From: an uncultured Bacillales bacterium
Lineage (GTDB): Bacteria; Bacillota_I; Bacilli_A; RFN20; CAG-288
Direction of reading: 5' to 3'
Assembly (NCBI GenBank): GCA_937896065.1
Contig: CALBLI010000049.1
Location: forward strand, 449-64,448
Length of the DNA stretch: 64,000 nucleotides
The translations under genes were made by a program, and so were the position numbers. The notes under the pieces are model-generated. The model did no database searches. It saw only the letters and a program-made list of their open reading frames with translations, and had not been told where the DNA came from. Within the stretch, counting starts at the first letter, position 1. Each line of letters starts with the position of its first letter. Below are positions 29,239-39,013 of the stretch, piece after piece.

Positions 29239-29269
29239 AAAACCGCATCTTCCTTAAAAATGCGGTTTT
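29239..29269 (-). terminator. Terminator-like hairpin after the 5'-nucleotidase gene
   Basis: aaaaccgcat (29239-29248) pairs with atgcggtttt (29260-29269), 14 nt downstream of the stop. Confidence 0.5.
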
Positions 29270-29282
29270 AATCATCCGTTAT

Positions 29283-31109
29283 TTACTTTGTAGGATAAGT
29301 TATTCTTCCTTCGCCTTTCAAGTTACTATATTTAGTTGGTATTTTACCGCCATTATTTGTACAAAGTTTCTTAATGTAGTTAGCTAAAACATCATTATCG
29401 ATAGTTGTTGTTATTGAACTTGGGGTTACATCAGTTGTATTTTGATTATCGCCTTTGGTTTTAAACATATAATATCCATCACCACCAGAGTCAATGGTGT
29501 AATTATTGGAAACAAATTTATATGTTTTACTTTCAGATATAGCGACATTATTGATTTTAACATTTTTGACTCTTCTTTGATTTGCGTCAGTTTTCAATGA
29601 TGTTGGATTCTTATTTGAATCATAATTTAGTCCTGGTTCAATTGAAGTATCAACTTCAAATTTTAATTTGCTGGATGGAATCAAAAATCCTCCAAATTCA
29701 TCATTGACATCTTTACTGAGTGTTATTCCACCTTTTGAATTGGTTTTTAATTTAGATACAGAATACTCAAGCATTTCCAAGATTACTTTGCCTGTTGTTT
29801 GATATGTACAAAGTTTGTTACCAAACGGTGAAACGGAAATTGCATCCTGGTACTTGATTTCACCAGCCTTGACAGTTGTTCTAACAGATCCACCATTGAT
29901 AACAGCAAAATCAGCACTTGTATCAAAATTCTCATACGCATCAGCAACAAGGTTAGCTAAGTTAGTTTCGGCTTTTCTAACTCTTCTAACATTAGCATCA
30001 GGATCATTTATAGTTAAATCAAAATCACTTGTTCCTAATTTTTCATTGAGCTTATCATTAAATTTGTTTTGATATTTATCAATGACATCTTTGGTTTCAC
30101 TATCTTCAGATGTCAAATCACTAGCTTTGATAAGTTCGGTTTTGATTTCACCGTTTGTAATAGTGAGTTTTCCTAAATTTGCAAGCTTGGTGCCGGTTGA
30201 AGATAATGTGACATTTTTACCATCTTTGTTTTGATATTTATCACCTATAATTGTTGAATGTGAATGACCATCTAAAACAACGTCGATATTATTCGTATTT
30301 TTGATGACATCAGTTGATTGATAAGGAGAGTTGACACTATCAATACCCAAATGTGCAAGTAAGATTACATAATCAGCACCATTTTGTTTTGCTTTATCAA
30401 CTTCATCTTGAATTGATTTGTAAAATTGACTTGGATCGTTTCTTGATGCTCCTTCTGAAAAAGTATAAATGAAATTACCATTTGTATCTTTGAAATAAGC
30501 AGGAGTTGAAGAAGTATAAGTATCTGGTGTTGTAGCACCAACAAAAGCAACTTTCTTATCTCCAAAAGTTTTAATCTCATATGAATCAAAAACTCTATTT
30601 TTATTTTTATCAATAAAATTAGCTGATAAATATTTATATTTAGCTCTTATATTGCTAGCTGTTTGATTATAAGTAGTATTTTTACCTGCTAAATTTAAAA
30701 ATTGCTCCATTCCAAAATCAAATTCATGATTTCCCATGGTAGCAAAATCATATCCAGCGGTATTCATAATGTCAACGATTGCACTACCTTGAGTAAGTGA
30801 ACCAAAGACATCACCTTGAAGCTCATCTCCTGCATCAACTAAAACAACATTATTATATTCTTTTAAAAGTTCTTTCTTTTTAGAAGCAACATTAGCATAT
30901 CCTGCATTTGAGGTAGATGATTTTACCTGGCAGTGAACATCATTAGTATATAAAACGACAACATCATCTTTTTTACTAGGATCATTTGCACTGCTTGAAG
31001 CAACTTGTGAATTCGAAACAGTAGAATTAGACTGATTACCTGTATTCTTGTTACAAGAAACAAGTAGTAATAACGGCAACAGACTTACAACTTTTTTGAT
31101 TTTTTTCAT
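29283..31109 (-). CDS. Surface lipoprotein 5'-nucleotidase / metallophosphoesterase
   Basis: Lipobox LLLLVSC. Calcineurin-like motifs TNDVH, GDELQG, GNHEFD and LDGHSH are followed by a C-terminal 5'-nucleotidase domain. Confidence 0.8.
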   Translation of the reverse strand: MKKIKKVVSLLPLLLLVSCNKNTGNQSNSTVSNSQVASSSANDPSKKDDVVVLYTNDVHCQVKSSTSNAGYANVASKKKELLKEYNNVVLVDAGDELQGDVFGSLTQGSAIVDIMNTAGYDFATMGNHEFDFGMEQFLNLAGKNTTYNQTASNIRAKYKYLSANFIDKNKNRVFDSYEIKTFGDKKVAFVGATTPDTYTSSTPAYFKDTNGNFIYTFSEGASRNDPSQFYKSIQDEVDKAKQNGADYVILLAHLGIDSVNSPYQSTDVIKNTNNIDVVLDGHSHSTIIGDKYQNKDGKNVTLSSTGTKLANLGKLTITNGEIKTELIKASDLTSEDSETKDVIDKYQNKFNDKLNEKLGTSDFDLTINDPDANVRRVRKAETNLANLVADAYENFDTSADFAVINGGSVRTTVKAGEIKYQDAISVSPFGNKLCTYQTTGKVILEMLEYSVSKLKTNSKGGITLSKDVNDEFGGFLIPSSKLKFEVDTSIEPGLNYDSNKNPTSLKTDANQRRVKNVKINNVAISESKTYKFVSNNYTIDSGGDGYYMFKTKGDNQNTTDVTPSSITTTIDNDVLANYIKKLCTNNGGKIPTKYSNLKGEGRITYPTK

Positions 31110-31275
31110 ATTTTCTCCTTTCTACTATCAGATAAAGTAGTCCATTTGAAGTTAATCTATTTTAGCAAAGCTACACTAGTATAAGCAACTATAAAATATT
31201 ATTCATTTTCAATTCTTTTCAATTGTAAATTCACTTAACTTAATTTTATAATAGCTATATATTTAGGAGGTAAAT

Positions 31276-32496
31276 ATGAATCCTATTAAAGTTATCTATT
31301 ACCGAACTTACCAATTTGTTTTAAATAAAATTTGTCTTCCATTTTTAAAAATAAAAGAAGCTGAGACAATTGAAAGTGACAATTGTTTTGATCCTATTTC
31401 TACACTTTTAAATAAAAATAAATATAAGAGACCACTTTTGCTATTATCTAATCATCTTTTAACTGATCCAAATTATTTAAAATTCATTAATGATTGTCAA
31501 AGTAATGATATTGAAGTAATTTCTTTTGCAAACATTAGCTCAAATCCTGACGTCAAGCAAGTTGATGAAACATATAATTTATATTTAAAAAATGAATGTG
31601 ACTCTCTTATTGCTATAGGTGGAGGTTCTATTTTAGATTTAGCAAAAGCTGTTGGAATTCTTGTAACCAATAAAAAGAAAGATATTTCTAAATACAAAGG
31701 TTTATTAAAAGTTAAAAAAAGATTGCCTTTTTTAATTCTAGTTCCAACCACAGCTGGAACTGGTAGTGAAACAACTATTTGCTCAGTAATAAGTGATGGA
31801 AAAAAAAATGATAAATATTCAATAACTGATCCTAAACTCATTCCTGATTATGCTATTTTAGATAATACTTTGCTTAAAACATTACCAGAATCAATCATTT
31901 CCACAACAGGAATGGATGCTTTAACACATGCTGTTGAAGCATTTCTTGGCAATGCATTAACTAAAAAAACTAAATATTGTGCAACAACTGCTATCACATT
32001 AATATATAACAATCTTTATAATTTTTATTCAAATAAAGATGATGATTTAGCTAGAAAAAGCATGTTAAAAGCTTCATATTTTGCTGGTGTAGCTTTTACA
32101 AGAAGCTATGTTGGTTATGTTCATGCTTTAGCTCATGCTCTTGGTGGAAAATATCATGTGGCACATGGTTTAGCAAATAGTATTCTTCTACCTATCGTGC
32201 TAAAAAAATATGGAAAGAAAGCATATAAAAAATTAGCTTTTTTAGCTGATATGTTACAATTGACTGCCCAAAGCATTTCTGAACAAGAAAAAGCTGAAAA
32301 CTTTATAAAGTGGATTGAGAATTTAAATAATTCAATGAATATACCAAGCAAATTTAATAATTTAATCAAGAAAGAAGATTTAGTCTTTTTAGTAAACCAC
32401 GCCTATAAAGAAGCTAATCCTTTATATCCAGTTATAAAAGAACTCGACAAAAACGAGTTAAAAGAGATATTGATTGAAGCTGAGGAAACTTTATAA
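31276..32496 (+). CDS. Iron-containing (group III) alcohol dehydrogenase
   Basis: GGGSILD, TTAGTGSE and HALAHALGGKYHVAHG. RBS aggagg lies upstream. Confidence 0.8.
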   Translation: MNPIKVIYYRTYQFVLNKICLPFLKIKEAETIESDNCFDPISTLLNKNKYKRPLLLLSNHLLTDPNYLKFINDCQSNDIEVISFANISSNPDVKQVDETYNLYLKNECDSLIAIGGGSILDLAKAVGILVTNKKKDISKYKGLLKVKKRLPFLILVPTTAGTGSETTICSVISDGKKNDKYSITDPKLIPDYAILDNTLLKTLPESIISTTGMDALTHAVEAFLGNALTKKTKYCATTAITLIYNNLYNFYSNKDDDLARKSMLKASYFAGVAFTRSYVGYVHALAHALGGKYHVAHGLANSILLPIVLKKYGKKAYKKLAFLADMLQLTAQSISEQEKAENFIKWIENLNNSMNIPSKFNNLIKKEDLVFLVNHAYKEANPLYPVIKELDKNELKEILIEAEETL

Positions 32497-32555
32497 TATT
32501 AATGAATTGTTTTAATATTAAATAATTTAACCATTTAATAATTAAGGAGATAATT

Positions 32556-33014
32556 ATGTCTGATGATAAATTAAAAGAAAATATAAAAGCTTTCCTCAAT
32601 TTGATTGACAAGTTATATGAAGATGGAATAATTGATATTTTTGAACAAATAAACCAGAGCGATTTTAGAATCTTAAACTATCTTTTACACAATAATGATG
32701 CTCATCCATCCGATATTGCTTCTTCTTTGTCACTGACAAGATCAAATACAGCTGCCGCTTTAAAAAATTTAGAAAACAAAAACTATTTAACAAGAGTTAT
32801 AAACGAAACTAACAGAAGGCAAATATTTGTTTCATTAACAGAAGAAGGCAAAAATTACGTTAATTTATGTAACACTCAACTTGAATTATTATTAAAAGGT
32901 TGGTTTTCTGTGTTATCTCAAGAAGAAATCGATACATTATTTTCACTTGTAAAAAAAGCTTTAGATCCAAAATCTATGTCTAATAAATTGAAGGAGTTTA
33001 CTTTCGGTGGCTAG
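32556..33014 (+). CDS. MarR-family transcriptional regulator
   Basis: 152 aa with a winged-HTH region (PSDIASSLSLTRSNTAAALKNLENKNYLTR...RRQ). Confidence 0.7.
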   Translation: MSDDKLKENIKAFLNLIDKLYEDGIIDIFEQINQSDFRILNYLLHNNDAHPSDIASSLSLTRSNTAAALKNLENKNYLTRVINETNRRQIFVSLTEEGKNYVNLCNTQLELLLKGWFSVLSQEEIDTLFSLVKKALDPKSMSNKLKEFTFGG

Positions 33015-33705
33015 TAAATATCCTTATTTAGATACATATTTAAATAGATATAAAACTTTTATATTCTTTGATTTTGAAGCAACTGCTTTCACTCATATGC
33101 CCATTGAATTGTCGATGGTCTTTACTAGTTTCAATAATTATCATTTCAATATTATTGAAACTTATTCAACATATATAAAAACTGATGACAAAATTGGCAA
33201 ATATGTAACTGAATTGACTGGTATTGATAAAGATATATTAGATAGAAATGGTGTTACATTTATTAATGTAATAAATAATTTGGCTACCTTATTTTCAAAA
33301 TATCCATCTAAATTATTTTTAAGCTATAGTAAAAATGACTTAGCTATTTTAAAAAATGCTATTGATAATAAAAATTTAAAGCAAGAACAAATAAAATTAC
33401 TGATGCTTAGAAATTTTCTTGATGTTCAAAAATATTTAGCTAGATTAATAAGAGATGAAAATGGTAATATCCTATCTTTAAAAAAACTATCAGATTATTT
33501 AAATATCACTCAAGATTTTAAATTTCATTCAGCATTAGATGATTCAATAGCAATGGTTAAGATATTTAATGCCTATTTTAATAATTATGAAAAGATATTA
33601 ACTGATGCTTTCAATAATTTTAAAAATCTTCCTATCTATAAAAGACAAGAATCATCAGATTATACTGAAATAGAAATAAAAGAGATTTTAAAGGAGCAAC
33701 TATAG
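33007..33705 (+). CDS. DEDDh 3'-5' exonuclease (DnaQ/KapD-like)
   Basis: Exo I motif FFDFEAT and Exo III motif HSALDDSIAM. The GTG start overlaps the MarR stop. Confidence 0.65.
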   Translation: MASKYPYLDTYLNRYKTFIFFDFEATAFTHMPIELSMVFTSFNNYHFNIIETYSTYIKTDDKIGKYVTELTGIDKDILDRNGVTFINVINNLATLFSKYPSKLFLSYSKNDLAILKNAIDNKNLKQEQIKLLMLRNFLDVQKYLARLIRDENGNILSLKKLSDYLNITQDFKFHSALDDSIAMVKIFNAYFNNYEKILTDAFNNFKNLPIYKRQESSDYTEIEIKEILKEQL

Positions 33706-33706
33706 A

Positions 33707-34333
33707 ATGATAAAATATCCAAATGGTCAAATATATTTAGAAGATGAAACTAAAATTGATAAAAGAAAACATAAAAATAAAACTGAAGAGCAAATAAATA
33801 GAGAACACTATTTAAAAGCAAATATGGGCATGAATTTTGAAAGTGATGTCAGCAAATCATGTGAATACTATAAAAACCAAAATTTAGCTCTCATCTATAA
33901 AAGACCAACACCTATTAAAGTAGTCAAAATGGATACTGTTAAAAGGCAGATGATCAAAGAAGCATACTTTCAGGAGAAATCAGTCACCGATTATGTCGGT
34001 TTATATAAAGGAAAATATATTGATTTTGAATGCAAAGAAACCATTCATAATTCAATTCCTTATAAAATGATTAGAGAACAACAGTATCTTCATCTTGAGA
34101 AAGTTATCCAAATGGGCGGTATTGGTTTCTTTTTAGTTTCTTTTAAAATGAAACAAGAAGTTTATCTATTAAAAGCAAGTATCATCTTAGATGAAATCAA
34201 GGTAAAACATCATCCAGGTTTTAAATATGAATTTTTTAAAGAAAAAGGTATACTTGTTAAAAGAGGTTATAATCCTCCTTATATGCTTCTTGATGCCATT
34301 GATATAGCTTTTAATGACATCTTAAATAAATAG
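33707..34333 (+). CDS. recU: Holliday junction resolvase RecU
   Basis: FE.DV, YKRPTP and DYVGLYKGKYIDFECKET match the RecU catalytic core. Confidence 0.85.
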   Translation: MIKYPNGQIYLEDETKIDKRKHKNKTEEQINREHYLKANMGMNFESDVSKSCEYYKNQNLALIYKRPTPIKVVKMDTVKRQMIKEAYFQEKSVTDYVGLYKGKYIDFECKETIHNSIPYKMIREQQYLHLEKVIQMGGIGFFLVSFKMKQEVYLLKASIILDEIKVKHHPGFKYEFFKEKGILVKRGYNPPYMLLDAIDIAFNDILNK

Positions 34334-34381
34334 ATACCGTTTACATTTTTTTATTTTGTATTTAAAAGGTAAAATATTTTT

Positions 34382-35185
34382 ATGAAAAATAGAAAACTTA
34401 TTGCTTTAGACTTAGATGGCACCTTACTTGATGATCAAAAAAACATTTCATCAAATACAAAAAAGTATTTAAAAGAATTAGAAGACAGAGGACATATTAT
34501 ATGCCTCACTTCAGGTAGGCCACCTCGTGCCATTAAGCCTCATTACGATGATATCGGGCTTAAAAATAGTCCATTTATTGGATACAATGGTGATTTAATT
34601 TATGATGTTTTAAAAGATAAAACAACCGTTTTTAAATCAATACCTATCTCTTTTATATCTTGCTTTTTTAAACACTTTGACTTCTATAAATTTCCCTATA
34701 TAGCTGGTGAAGATTTGAGTCATCTTTATTTAAATGTCGCTGATATTTTATTTGACGATTTTTTGCATCCAGATGGCATTCAAGTAGTGGTAGGTCAAAT
34801 GCCCTATACTATTGTCAATGATTTAGAAGCCTTCTTTTTTAAAACATATGATAACAATCAAGATGAAATTAAAAAATTTACTTCTAAACACAAGGATGTA
34901 GAAGTCAGATTCTGGTATGATAGGCCTGAATTTGGTGAGTTTTATCCTGCTAATATTTCAAAAGAAGTCGGTTTAAAAGAAGTGGCTAAAAACTATAACA
35001 TCGAAAGAGAAGACATCATTGCCTTTGGTGATGGAAACAATGATTTTGAAATGCTAGATTTTGCTTCAACTTCTTTTGCAATGAAAAACGGAGCTGAAAA
35101 ATTAAAACAACAAAATAAACATGTCACTGAATATACAAATAATGAAGAAGGTGTATATAGACAACTTAAGAAAATATTAGGTTAG
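34382..35185 (+). CDS. Cof-type HAD-IIB phosphatase
   Basis: IALDLDGTLL, TSGRP and FGDGNNDFEML motifs. Confidence 0.8.
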   Translation: MKNRKLIALDLDGTLLDDQKNISSNTKKYLKELEDRGHIICLTSGRPPRAIKPHYDDIGLKNSPFIGYNGDLIYDVLKDKTTVFKSIPISFISCFFKHFDFYKFPYIAGEDLSHLYLNVADILFDDFLHPDGIQVVVGQMPYTIVNDLEAFFFKTYDNNQDEIKKFTSKHKDVEVRFWYDRPEFGEFYPANISKEVGLKEVAKNYNIEREDIIAFGDGNNDFEMLDFASTSFAMKNGAEKLKQQNKHVTEYTNNEEGVYRQLKKILG

Positions 35186-36717
35186 TCTTTATAAACTATT
35201 CTTTTTATATCTTCTTTGATTTGGTTCAACTTGAAATCAATATCTTGATTTATATTTAAACAGCATGTTATCAGCAAATTATTTTTCAAATCACTACTCA
35301 GTATTATATATTCATCATTTTCAAAAATATACTTTATCATATTGATAGGTAACTGATTTTCATCTTCAAATGGTAAATAAGCATCAAGATAATAATCATT
35401 TATTCGTTTGGTGAAATAGTCTAATTTTTTTGAAATATCTTTATTTGCAATGCTGAGTATTTTTTCTCTTCTCAACTTATTAATAAATGAATTCGCATCA
35501 ACTATTTCTAAATTTTCATCAATTATTTTAAATTCATCAGTTCCTTTATCTAATTCTTTAACTAAACTGCTTATATTTTTGCCTTGTCTTTGCAAATATT
35601 CAACTAAATCTAAAATCAAAATAAGTGATTGAATTGCATCTTTTTCTTTGACAAAGTCAGCAACTAGAAAAGTATATGAATTATCATGAGCCAAAATAGA
35701 ATTGAATCCCTTTTTTTTACTTTCTTTAATCATATTGGTTACATATTTAAATTCTAATCCTGATTCTTCATAAAGAAGAGAAGTGCTTTCATAAAATTTA
35801 TTCACTTTTTCATTTATATTGATCGTTGTATTTATAAAAGCATTTGGTGGTAAAACATTTCTTTTAAAAATGACTTGGCTAATAAAATAAGAAGACATCA
35901 TTATAATTTCTTCACTGGTGATCAGTTTTAAATTTTTATCAATATTTTTATAATATATTTTTTCAATTTCGCAATTATTATTTAAAATTACAAATAAAGA
36001 ATATGCATCACTTTTTGATATTTCTTCGACATTTAATTTTTCTTCAATATTACCATCTAATTCAACTATATTTACATCATATAGTGTCTTTTTTAATGCT
36101 TCTTTCATAAATCTTAAATATGTTCCACTTTGTGATAACAAATAAAGCTTGGTTTTTCTTTCACCACGATATATGTTAAAAAAATATGATGTTGAAACTT
36201 CATTATCGATAAACCTATTTATAAGTTCATCCTCAACTACATTAACTACTCCATCATCAGTTTGCTTTTGAAAAATATTTCTTTGATCATCACCTTTTAA
36301 AAGATATGACAATTCAACAAGTCTTTCATTTATATATTCATGACCACTTTCATCATAGATTCTAAATAAATAATTATCATCATCTAAGAAAGAAAACATC
36401 ACACCTAAAACTGCATTTTCAATTCTCCTTATCATGTATGATAGAACAAATTTAGGATAAGCATCATCAAAGATATAAACATCATAGCCATTTGATGTGA
36501 ATGTGTCTTGTAAAATATTTAAAGAATTTTCAATTGTCTTTTTATCATCATAAGATATGATAACACTATATTTTTTTTCATTTATATCAAATCGGCGATT
36601 TAAAAATTCAACTATCTTATTTAAGATATATTTGAATTTGTTTTCATCATCTTTTATATTTAATTTATACCCTGATTTAAAATCATTGATAATGATATCA
36701 CTATTATTAATGTTCAT
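35182..36717 (-). CDS. Phosphohexomutase (GlmM/PGM)-fold protein with degenerate catalytic motifs (putative pseudoenzyme)
   Basis: It aligns by eye, without gaps, to B. subtilis GlmM across the active-site region. GVMFSFLDDD replaces [10 protein letters not shown], and ILNNNCE replaces FDGDGDR. LAHDNSY replaces GGEQSGH, and SSDLKNN replaces RPSGTEP. Confidence 0.55.
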   Translation of the reverse strand: MNINNSDIIINDFKSGYKLNIKDDENKFKYILNKIVEFLNRRFDINEKKYSVIISYDDKKTIENSLNILQDTFTSNGYDVYIFDDAYPKFVLSYMIRRIENAVLGVMFSFLDDDNYLFRIYDESGHEYINERLVELSYLLKGDDQRNIFQKQTDDGVVNVVEDELINRFIDNEVSTSYFFNIYRGERKTKLYLLSQSGTYLRFMKEALKKTLYDVNIVELDGNIEEKLNVEEISKSDAYSLFVILNNNCEIEKIYYKNIDKNLKLITSEEIIMMSSYFISQVIFKRNVLPPNAFINTTININEKVNKFYESTSLLYEESGLEFKYVTNMIKESKKKGFNSILAHDNSYTFLVADFVKEKDAIQSLILILDLVEYLQRQGKNISSLVKELDKGTDEFKIIDENLEIVDANSFINKLRREKILSIANKDISKKLDYFTKRINDYYLDAYLPFEDENQLPINMIKYIFENDEYIILSSDLKNNLLITCCLNINQDIDFKLNQIKEDIKRIVYKD

Positions 36718-37441
36718 AATTTTTCTCGTCTCTTCTTTCTAAAAAGTCATTCAATTTCTTTTCGTTTTTTTCTAATTCTTCGCATATATGAATATAACTT
36801 ATAACACTTTTATTATCTTTAGTGTAATCACTATATGCTTTTAAAAAAGCAGAAGTTGATAATCTATTTCCTAATGCTTCAATATCAGCGTATTCTTTAA
36901 TGATATAGTAGCAAAACGAATAGATGTCTTTATATTCTTTTTTATCATAAACTATGACATCCTTCTTAGACAAGTAATATGCTAATTTAAAATAAGCATA
37001 TTGTTTATCTTCTATTCTTTCAATTTCTTTGATATCTTCATACATTTTAAAATTTTTTTGATCAAATGAAGCTGCTTCCATTTGATATGAGATCAAATTA
37101 TATTGAACAAGTTGAAATAAAGAAGAATCAATATTAGGGCATGATTTTAAAATATCTAAACCAATATTCTCATATGATAAAAATTCTTTATTTTTGATTC
37201 TAAATGTCATATACGGATTTAAAATGTAGCTGGACATAAAAACAAATACTTCATCTGGATAGGCTAATTTAGATAATTTATTTATTTTTTCATATTTTTC
37301 AACATCACTATCTTTAATAAATTCTAATAATTGTTCATCACTTTTTAAAAGATAAGCAAATTCATCATAGTGCTTATAAATGATTTTAGCTAATGTGAAG
37401 ATGTTCTCATATTCAACATCCTGAAAAATATAACTTGTCAT
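36707..37441 (-). CDS. Hypothetical soluble protein (244 aa)
   Basis: ORF in an operon with 4-nt and 11-nt overlaps to its neighbours. I recognise no motif. Confidence 0.55.
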   Translation of the reverse strand: MTSYIFQDVEYENIFTLAKIIYKHYDEFAYLLKSDEQLLEFIKDSDVEKYEKINKLSKLAYPDEVFVFMSSYILNPYMTFRIKNKEFLSYENIGLDILKSCPNIDSSLFQLVQYNLISYQMEAASFDQKNFKMYEDIKEIERIEDKQYAYFKLAYYLSKKDVIVYDKKEYKDIYSFCYYIIKEYADIEALGNRLSTSAFLKAYSDYTKDNKSVISYIHICEELEKNEKKLNDFLERRDEKNYEH

Positions 37442-38502
37442 ACTATTGATTTAAAAATTAAATTTACCAAATAAATTATAAATGAAAGTAAAGCAATAAT
37501 TGAAGTTAAAGTTAAAAAAGATAAGTCGGCTGTTCTTAATACTTTATATGTTTTTTTTCCTTTCAACTTTGAAGCATTTAAGACAGCTTCAAAATCAATG
37601 TATGAAGAAGATAGTTTAGAAAAGTCTTTAATATCATTAGTTAATACTATCTTTTCCTTAATAGCACCAGAAATATAATTATATAATTTTTCTTTAGTAT
37701 CATATAAATCGTCAAAAACTTTGCTAGCATGCTTATTTAAAAATCGTTTTGCATAATTATATGGTTCTAATATCATTGCTTTATATGAATGAAAGATAGT
37801 AAAAATAAGATCATATGCAAATAAGAAAAAAGAGAATAAAAGAACAACATATGATGTTACTTTATTGCTTTCAAAAGCAGTGAAAAAATACTGAAAATCT
37901 TTATATGGATAGCAAAGCATAAAAGCATATAAAACATTGAAGATAATGATAAGCAAGCATTCAAAAGCAACCTTATAAACAGATGTTTTTATTTTATATG
38001 TAGCTTCATTTTTAACATTTTCAAGTGACGAATAAACCAAATCATTTGCATCATCTAGATATTGTTCAAGCTGAAGATAAACAGCTTCTTTTTTCAACTC
38101 ATCTGAATAACTTTCATCTAAAATGATGTCATTTAATGGTCTTTCTTCCCCCTTGAAATCAAAAATGAGTTCTCCTATTGTTAAAAGCCTACCTTTATAA
38201 TTTGGATTTATTGTTAGTGGATTAACATAATATTCTTCAAATGAATGCAAAGCGACATAATTGATTGCATTTTCAATTAAGAAACATTCTTTCACATTGC
38301 TTGGTTGAAAAGTGATCTCGTTATATGCATCAACTATGGCTTCAGCTTTCCTAGAAATATGTTTTTTTACTTCATTTATGTTGCTTTCAAGTATTTGATA
38401 TGCTTTATTATTTTTTAAATAATCATAATATGAATAAGCATAAGATGTACAGTTCCAACCACTTAACTCTGCAAGCAGATATAATTTCATTTCACCAGTC
38501 AT
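37438..38502 (-). CDS. Hypothetical membrane protein (354 aa)
   Basis: About 170-aa soluble N-domain, then 2 TM helices (~aa 175-240), a cytoplasmic segment and a C-terminal TM (LSFLTLTSIIALLSFIIYLVNLIF). Confidence 0.55.
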   Translation of the reverse strand: MTGEMKLYLLAELSGWNCTSYAYSYYDYLKNNKAYQILESNINEVKKHISRKAEAIVDAYNEITFQPSNVKECFLIENAINYVALHSFEEYYVNPLTINPNYKGRLLTIGELIFDFKGEERPLNDIILDESYSDELKKEAVYLQLEQYLDDANDLVYSSLENVKNEATYKIKTSVYKVAFECLLIIIFNVLYAFMLCYPYKDFQYFFTAFESNKVTSYVVLLFSFFLFAYDLIFTIFHSYKAMILEPYNYAKRFLNKHASKVFDDLYDTKEKLYNYISGAIKEKIVLTNDIKDFSKLSSSYIDFEAVLNASKLKGKKTYKVLRTADLSFLTLTSIIALLSFIIYLVNLIFKSIV

Positions 38503-38503
38503 A

Positions 38504-39013
38504 CTATGCCTCTATTTTATAAATGAACTGAAACATTTTAGAAAAGAGCCCATCTTGCAATGGAATTATCAATCTTATCTCAATAAGAAAAACCGAAAGT
38601 AAAAATGCTGAAAGGCTTAAAAACAGAACTGATAATAGTGTTCTTGAAATAACATTTGTAGCTTTATGGATATTAGGATTGCTTCCTATATAAAATATTT
38701 TTACAAATGTATATGAGATAATATATGAAAGAAAGAAGATAAATAGCATAAATAAACAAGCTGATATATGATATCTTTCAACAAGAGATAATTCTATATA
38801 TCCATCTAATAAAAAAGCAAACATAGGATGAGAAAATTTACCTAATGAATATTCAAGTGATGGGAAATTCAAACATAAAAAATATAAAAAGAAGATAATT
38901 ATAAAACCAGCAATAGCTGATAAGATATATGTCTTTATTTTGTTTGAAGGTAGAAAAATGCTTGGAAAAAGTGAACACACAAAGATAAATATAAGTAACA
39001 AGGATAATGTCAT
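38504..39013 (-). CDS. Small polytopic membrane protein (169 aa)
   Basis: Four to five hydrophobic helices. Its ATG shares a nucleotide with the rluD stop (TGATG). Confidence 0.55.
   Translation of the reverse strand: MTLSLLLIFIFVCSLFPSIFLPSNKIKTYILSAIAGFIIIFFLYFLCLNFPSLEYSLGKFSHPMFAFLLDGYIELSLVERYHISACLFMLFIFFLSYIISYTFVKIFYIGSNPNIHKATNVISRTLLSVLFLSLSAFLLSVFLIEIRLIIPLQDGLFSKMFQFIYKIEA

Noticed and set aside
31095-31109. A7 and A6 tracts right after the ATG of the 5'-nucleotidase lipoprotein gene, considered as a slipped-strand phase-variation site.
   Set aside because: The tracts are short and simply encode the Lys-rich n-region of the signal peptide (MKKIKK). No evidence of length heterogeneity is available from a single sequence.
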